NCBI GenBank assembly: GCA_903901225.1
Contig: CAIUQE010000001.1
Location: 2,563-66,562, forward strand
Reading direction: 5' to 3'
Length of the DNA: 64,000 bases
Source of the DNA: Candidatus Omnitrophota bacterium
Lineage (GTDB): Bacteria; Omnitrophota; Gorgyraeia; Zapsychrales; Fredricksoniimonadaceae
Position 1 is the first letter of the stretch; each line of letters begins with the position of its first letter. The notes beneath the pieces were generated by a model. That model made no database searches. It had not been told where the DNA came from and was given only the letters and a program-made list of their open reading frames with translations. A program made the position numbers and the translations under genes. Shown in pieces: positions 59,426-64,000 of this stretch.

Positions 59426-60213
59426 GACTTGAAACCTCCCTTATGTCTTTCACAAAAAAAGCCGCGCTGCAAATGGGCATTCTCGTCCTTCCAAAAGAAC
59501 GGGACCTTCTTCAACCATAAGATCAACGCATGAATATGAATGAAGATGATCACCTGCCAGGTCACCCATGGAAAACAAAAGGTCAGCCAGAGAAGATTTG
59601 ACGTGTTGAGCGCTCGCCGCTTGCCTGTCAAAGAAGCGAAGAAAGGCTTCTTGCCGTCCCTCACGACATCCACGGTCAGGGAAAGAGCCTCATCGGGAAC
59701 AACCAAGATCATATCAAGATCGCTATCGCTGGGCATAAAAGGAGAAATGTAAAAAGACTGCTGCTCTTTGCGGCGGAAAGCCCCATCTGTAAAATGCTCC
59801 TGGGACAGAAAAAAAAGTTTTTGCTCTTGAAAAGTGTTGGTGATCTGAAGAACGGCCGCCAATTCTTTGCCGTTCTTGTCAAAAAAGAAATAGAAGGATG
59901 CCGGATTAAAGACATACCCACCGGTTCGAAGGCCGGTCAAAAGCATGACCCGACCAACCTCCTCTTTAACGCCATTATCTCGCACAAAATTTGCGATGCG
60001 CTCCCTGAGCGACCCGCCCCTGTAGGGAACATGATCATCATCGCGGAACTCATACAGGTGCCCGGGGCCTCGTCCGATCACAGGACAGCTGCGGTGTATA
60101 TGATCGATCTCGTCCAAATCTAGATAGAACAAGAAATACGAATGCGCAAAACCATGCATGATCGGAGTGACCCTTTTATGCATAACCTTGCATTGATAAA
60201 GACAGGAGTTCAT
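59422..60213 (-). CDS. DUF1365-family protein (commonly operonic with cfa and an FAD amine oxidase)
   Basis: N-terminal …LYQCKVMHKRVTP…HGFAHSYFLFYLDLDE… pattern of DUF1365. Sandwiched between the FAD oxidoreductase and cfa in the conserved order. Track start 60270; 60213 is the likely ATG. Confidence 0.6.
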   Translation of the reverse strand: MNSCLYQCKVMHKRVTPIMHGFAHSYFLFYLDLDEIDHIHRSCPVIGRGPGHLYEFRDDDHVPYRGGSLRERIANFVRDNGVKEEVGRVMLLTGLRTGGYVFNPASFYFFFDKNGKELAAVLQITNTFQEQKLFFLSQEHFTDGAFRRKEQQSFYISPFMPSDSDLDMILVVPDEALSLTVDVVRDGKKPFFASLTGKRRALNTSNLLWLTFCFPWVTWQVIIFIHIHALILWLKKVPFFWKDENAHLQRGFFCERHKGGFKS

Positions 60214-60214
60214 G

Positions 60215-61480
60215 TTAAAACCTTTTATAGCCTTCCGGTGTCCTGCCGAGTATCCGGTGAGCGACTTCAACTGCCGAAGTCAATGCATCCTCATGAAAGC
60301 CGTAACGAAAATAACTGCCGCAGAAATAAACCGGCCCATGCTCATTTAATCGTGACAGGCTCTTCTGGGCGCGGTAAGCAGCCGCGTTGAACAACGGATG
60401 ATCATAAACCCCGGACCAATGAACACGGGCAGGATCAACCGCGCCGTTGTCATTCAACGAAACCAGATAATCTTTCTTCTTCGAAACATCCTGCAGGATA
60501 TTCATATCGTATGAGATCACCGCCGGCCTTTTGCCGTCCATCCAGTAGTTCCAGGCCGCCCACGCACGCTTCAAAGGCGGCATGACCGCCCCGTCGCTAT
60601 GCAAAACAGCCTGATTGGGCTGATACCCGAAAGCACCTAAAAGCTCCCGCTCCTGACCGTCAGGCGATGCCAGCATGGCGAGCGCCTGGTCAGCATGGGC
60701 CGCGATCACAACCTGATCAAACCGCTCCCGCGCTCCGGACACATCCTGGACCATAACACCGTCTGCGGCCCGCTCGACACGAACAGCCGGACAGCTCAAG
60801 CGCACGCGCCCGGGAAAAAGAGCCAGTATCTTGTCGCGGTAATTGCGGCTGCCGCCGGCCACCGTCTTCCACTGATGCTGGCCCTGCAGGCCCAGAAACC
60901 GGTGGTTATCAAAGAATCTCACGAGCGTTACAGCCGGAAAACGCATAACCTCTTCCCGCGGACATGACCAGAGGGCCGCGGCCATGGGAACAAGGAATTT
61001 ATCAACAAAATTGTCGTCGTAACCGTTCTCACGTACATACTCGGACAACGAAGCCCCCTCCCAGCGCGGATCAGCCAAAATGGCAGCGAAATCCTTCTGA
61101 AAACGCTCGATCTGCAACAACATCCTCCAGAACCAAGGTTTGAAAATGTTGCGCTTTTGAACGAACAAATTGCTAAAACCCGTGGCCTTGTAAAACAGAT
61201 CGCCCGGAACGTCGGTCACGCTAAAAGACATCGCTGTCGCGCGCGACTTCACATCAAGCTCTTTGAACAGTTGCGTGAGGTTGGGATAAGTTGTTTCGTT
61301 GTAGACGATAAATCCGGTATCCACCGGAACAGACGCACCTTCCTCATCAATGATCACCGTATGAGTGTGCCCGCCGGGATAATCGTTCTTCTCATAAAAC
61401 GTGATATCGAAATCATGACGCAGAAAGTAGGCTGAGCCCATTCCCGCGATACCGGTACCGATCACGGCCAGCTTTTTCAT
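60215..61480 (-). CDS. NAD(P)/FAD-dependent (amine-oxidase-like) oxidoreductase
   Basis: N-terminal dinucleotide-binding GxGxxG (KLAVIGTGIAGMGSAYFL) and about 420 aa flavin amine-oxidase architecture. Confidence 0.75.
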   Translation of the reverse strand: MKKLAVIGTGIAGMGSAYFLRHDFDITFYEKNDYPGGHTHTVIIDEEGASVPVDTGFIVYNETTYPNLTQLFKELDVKSRATAMSFSVTDVPGDLFYKATGFSNLFVQKRNIFKPWFWRMLLQIERFQKDFAAILADPRWEGASLSEYVRENGYDDNFVDKFLVPMAAALWSCPREEVMRFPAVTLVRFFDNHRFLGLQGQHQWKTVAGGSRNYRDKILALFPGRVRLSCPAVRVERAADGVMVQDVSGARERFDQVVIAAHADQALAMLASPDGQERELLGAFGYQPNQAVLHSDGAVMPPLKRAWAAWNYWMDGKRPAVISYDMNILQDVSKKKDYLVSLNDNGAVDPARVHWSGVYDHPLFNAAAYRAQKSLSRLNEHGPVYFCGSYFRYGFHEDALTSAVEVAHRILGRTPEGYKRF

Positions 61481-61515
61481 TTAACGCCTCTCGAATAGAT
61501 AGTGACTGACAAAGC

Positions 61516-61536
61516 ACACGTCCCAAATTCAAAAGA
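61516..61536. repeat. Copy 2 of the conserved intergenic motif, ACACGTCCCAAATTCAAAAGA
   Basis: See copy 1. Located in the 78-bp spacer between the FAD oxidoreductase and the small ORF of the cfa cluster. Confidence 0.3.
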
Positions 61537-61558
61537 TATCTCATGCAATGGTCCCTTC

Positions 61559-61873
61559 TCAAACGTTCTCGGACAATCGCGCGACCTTCTTCAGCATACC
61601 GTTGAAAATATAATTATGAAGCGGCAAAAGACAGTACCAATACGCCATGCCCGTTAATCCGCGCGGACGAAAAGTAGCCAATTGTTGCAATTCACACAGG
61701 TCCGTGTTGATCTCTTTGATGGAGATATCAAGTGTCCCTACGCCGCCCATCAGCCGATCGATCAACCCTCGCAAAACCCACAACCATGTCCCATGATACC
61801 AACCTGTTTCACCGCCAATAGCAGCGATCACTTTCCTGCTTTTGATTGCCTGATCGATGATCTCAGCCTTCAA
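61559..61873 (-). CDS. Small hypothetical protein within the cfa-associated cluster
   Basis: 104-aa ORF, 4-bp coupled to the downstream DUF1295 gene. No motif recognised. Confidence 0.25.
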   Translation of the reverse strand: MKAEIIDQAIKSRKVIAAIGGETGWYHGTWLWVLRGLIDRLMGGVGTLDISIKEINTDLCELQQLATFRPRGLTGMAYWYCLLPLHNYIFNGMLKKVARLSENV

Positions 61874-62658
61874 GAATTTATTTTTAGATTAAACCAGGGG
61901 ATAAAAGCACTGGTCGTTTGCATGTAGCGCCGGTATTCTTCCCCTCGACTGATCAAAGCCTGCCGCTCGGCATGCGGAATGCCCGTGACCTTGACCAGAA
62001 GAACAAGCATGATCAAGGCTGAAGAGCACGCCCACTGCCCGCCGGGTGATGGCCAGGCGAAAACCGCGAGTCCCACCCAGAAAGTAAACTCAAAAAAATA
62101 ATTCGGATGGCGGCTATACCGCCAGAGACCCACATCACAAACGTGCCCCCGGTTGGCAGGAACGGCGATAAAGTCCTGCAACTGCCGGTCAGCCAGTGTT
62201 TCTCCGGCCAAAGCGATCAGGGCCATAGTGATCCCTAGAAATTCCAACCCCATCAACCCAGGAAAAGAGTTGCGCGTAATCACACAAAAAGGATAAGACA
62301 AAACAATAGCCAAAAGCCCCTCGCCCATGAATAAAGCAAAATACTTTCCTCCGCTCTTTTGACCGAAGGCTTCCCTCATGGCTTGATAACGCTTATCCTC
62401 CGGGGCATTCGAGAGAAGCCGGGACAGGATATGGCTGGTTAAGCGCAACGACCACAACAGGACCATAAGAAAGAGGATCGACCGACGATAAATCACCCCG
62501 TTGTTCGACCAGGCCGTGGCTGCCGCAAGATAACAAATACTCATCGCCCAGCCCACATCCACCCAGCCCGCGTTTTTCGTGCGCCGCTCCTTGATTAAAG
62601 CGAGCAGCATGATGACAAAAACAAATGAGATCGAAAGCAAGGTCATGAATGCTTTCAT
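61870..62658 (-). CDS. DUF1295 / steroid-5-alpha-reductase-like membrane protein
   Basis: Polytopic membrane protein with C-terminal …WRYSRHPNYFFEF… motif typical of the ICMT/DUF1295 class. Confidence 0.65.
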   Translation of the reverse strand: MKAFMTLLSISFVFVIMLLALIKERRTKNAGWVDVGWAMSICYLAAATAWSNNGVIYRRSILFLMVLLWSLRLTSHILSRLLSNAPEDKRYQAMREAFGQKSGGKYFALFMGEGLLAIVLSYPFCVITRNSFPGLMGLEFLGITMALIALAGETLADRQLQDFIAVPANRGHVCDVGLWRYSRHPNYFFEFTFWVGLAVFAWPSPGGQWACSSALIMLVLLVKVTGIPHAERQALISRGEEYRRYMQTTSAFIPWFNLKINS

Positions 62659-63089
62659 ACAGCCCTTTTCACGAATGGACCGGCCAGTACCCGCTTGGCG
62701 TAACGGACCAGCGCACCCAGTAAGAATACGCGCTCATAAACGAACTGGCCCATGTCAAAATAATCCCGGTGATAAACAACTTTACCCTCGGCATTGCGAC
62801 GCATGACCGAAACGCCATCCACCACAACCTCCCGGCCGCTGCCCAACGCCGCCACCAGACGCATTGTCCAGGGCAAAACGATTGTGTCCCCTTTAACAAA
62901 CTCTGCGCCGTGGTCAAAACGGACGCTTTTGACCGTATCATAAAGACGCGTGTAATACGCGCGGATCTCGACTGCGCCTTTAAGATGAACCACAGGATCC
63001 TTGAACTCGGCATCAGCCGCGTAGAAGTCGTCAACCAGAGACATTGTCTCTTGGCTAAGACGATCGAAGAATGACTCTGCTGTGATCAT
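62655..63089 (-). CDS. NTF2-like (SnoaL-like) small protein
   Basis: 144 aa with the alpha+beta-cone pattern …DDFYAADAEFKDPVVHLKGAVEIRAYY…, frequently found next to cfa/DUF1295 genes. Confidence 0.55.
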   Translation of the reverse strand: MITAESFFDRLSQETMSLVDDFYAADAEFKDPVVHLKGAVEIRAYYTRLYDTVKSVRFDHGAEFVKGDTIVLPWTMRLVAALGSGREVVVDGVSVMRRNAEGKVVYHRDYFDMGQFVYERVFLLGALVRYAKRVLAGPFVKRAV

Positions 63090-63152
63090 ATCGCCTCCCA
63101 GAATGTATATCTGCTCACTTGCTAACGAAACTGCCGAGAAGGCTGAACGATC

Positions 63153-63536
63153 TCAGTCTTTCTTAACTATCAGAGGCAGATCTTTTTCAATATCAAAATA
63201 AACCAAAAACTTCTTATCTCTGTCCTCATCACAGCTCTTGCCATGACAAGAACGCCGCATGTTGTCGATCAGGACCTGATCCTCTGACTCACCGGTCTTC
63301 TTGAGGTAAAGCCGCTTGCCTTTATAACCAGGCCCGTCTTCCTTGAACAAAAAGACCGCATATGGGTTGTTCAACAAATTCGCGCGGGTCAGCCGATCCG
63401 CGGTGATAAAAGCGATCTTCTCCTCGTCAATCACCTGCGGCCTCGAATAAACAGCGGCGTTCACTTTGCCATCCTTGGCCGCTGTCGATAAGACACCTAA
63501 GCCATTCTTGCTATCAAAATATTGTTTGAGTTTCAT
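63153..63536 (-). CDS. Pyridoxamine-5'-phosphate-oxidase-like FMN-binding split-barrel protein
   Basis: …GVLSTAAKDGKVNAAVYSRP…IAFITADRLTRANLLNNPYAVFLF… matches the PNPOx-like N-terminal pattern. 127 aa. Confidence 0.6.
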   Translation of the reverse strand: MKLKQYFDSKNGLGVLSTAAKDGKVNAAVYSRPQVIDEEKIAFITADRLTRANLLNNPYAVFLFKEDGPGYKGKRLYLKKTGESEDQVLIDNMRRSCHGKSCDEDRDKKFLVYFDIEKDLPLIVKKD

Positions 63537-63595
63537 CGTGACCCTCCATTTTCATTGAGTAAAAACAGGCACAGCTATTTCGCCTAAAAACTTTA

Positions 63596-64000
63596 TTATC
63601 CGTGTGGCAAAGCTTTCTCAATAGCCGCCACGAGCTCAGGATCCAGCGGCTCAACACGGCTGTCATAACGGGCTATCACCTGACCACTGCCGTCCACCAG
63701 AAACTTGTTAAAGTTCCAGGTCACCGGGCCTTTGAACGCAGAATCCTCCGTCAAATACTTAAACAAGGGATTCATGTCAGCTCCCTTAACACTGGTTTTC
63801 GCAAACAAAGGAAACGTGGTTTTAAACTTGAGCTCACAGAAACTCTTGATCTCCTCATTGCTCCCCGGCTCCTGCCCCATGAAATTATTAGCCGGAAAAG
63901 CGAGAACAACAAACCCCCGGTCCTTGTACCTCAGGTACAATTCCTCCAGCCCTATATATTGCGAAGTGAATCCACAACGGGAAGCCGTGTTAACAATGAG
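63596..64000 (-). CDS. Glutathione peroxidase, 5' end beyond the right edge of the window
   Basis: Reverse translation through the window edge reads …LIVNTASRCGFTSQYIGLEELYLRYKDRGFVVLAFPANNFMGQEPG…. The Gpx active-site NTAS-x-CGFT block lies beyond the track ORF start (63940), so the gene continues past 64000. Confidence 0.8.
   Translation of the reverse strand, partial: LIVNTASRCGFTSQYIGLEELYLRYKDRGFVVLAFPANNFMGQEPGSNEEIKSFCELKFKTTFPLFAKTSVKGADMNPLFKYLTEDSAFKGPVTWNFNKFLVDGSGQVIARYDSRVEPLDPELVAAIEKALPHG

Overview
The window is a gene-dense, moderately GC-rich bacterial chromosomal segment in which almost every gene is on the minus strand. The tandem 'PICxxC(R/K)K(I/V)R(N/D)D.GYW' zinc-ribbon proteins and the PAS/GGDEF/EAL sensor suggest a deltaproteobacterial (Desulfobacterota) origin, but that is inference.

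The dominant feature is one very long co-directional gene string from about 37276 down to the left edge. It holds roughly 35 genes separated by 0-40 bp or with overlapping stop/start codons. The string looks like a biosynthesis and tailoring locus for a nonulosonic acid (legionaminic/pseudaminic-acid-like) glycan. It contains:
- two NeuB-family synthases, one of them fused to a NeuD/PglD-type acetyltransferase;
- a hydrolysing NeuC-type UDP-GlcNAc 2-epimerase;
- a DegT-family aminotransferase;
- a PseB-like and a LegB-like 4,6-dehydratase;
- three cytidylyl/nucleotidyl-transferases (SpsF-like, NeuA-like and a CBS-domain PtmE-like enzyme).

Interleaved with these is an unusually rich set of tailoring enzymes:
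- three cobalamin-binding radical SAM enzymes;
- a KamA-family 2,3-aminomutase next to a PaaK/CapK-like adenylating enzyme and an LpxD-like acyltransferase;
- an ATP-grasp enzyme and a HAD hydrolase;
- three SAM methyltransferases;
- a class III aminotransferase, an Fe-ADH, a Gfo/Idh/MocA oxidoreductase and an SDR;
- an HMGL-like aldolase that runs off the left edge;
- two large GT-B-like putative transferases and an MsbA-like ABC exporter.

The same string is headed by a cytoplasmic papain-like cysteine peptidase and a YhcG/DUF1016 PDDEXK nuclease homolog.

Downstream the window contains:
- a second glycan module, galE / GT39 (ArnT-like) / methyltransferase-GT2 fusion / acyltransferase-3, co-oriented with metF;
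- gap, with a recognisable sigma70-like promoter and a terminator hairpin;
- a sensor histidine kinase;
- a PAS-GAF-PAS-GGDEF-EAL protein that appears split by a frameshift;
- TPR proteins and an ABC ATPase;
- two tandem membrane proteins with a conserved C-terminal Cys4 motif, next to a fourth B12-radical-SAM gene;
- an AAA/DUF234 ATPase;
- a conserved cfa / DUF1365 / FAD-amine-oxidase / DUF1295 / NTF2 / PNPOx lipid-modification cluster;
- a glutathione peroxidase gene truncated at the right edge.

No rRNA, tRNA, CRISPR array or transposase was recognised. All calls rest on motif and family recognition by eye. No database search was run, and the ORF starts (first ATG of each maximal ORF) are approximate.
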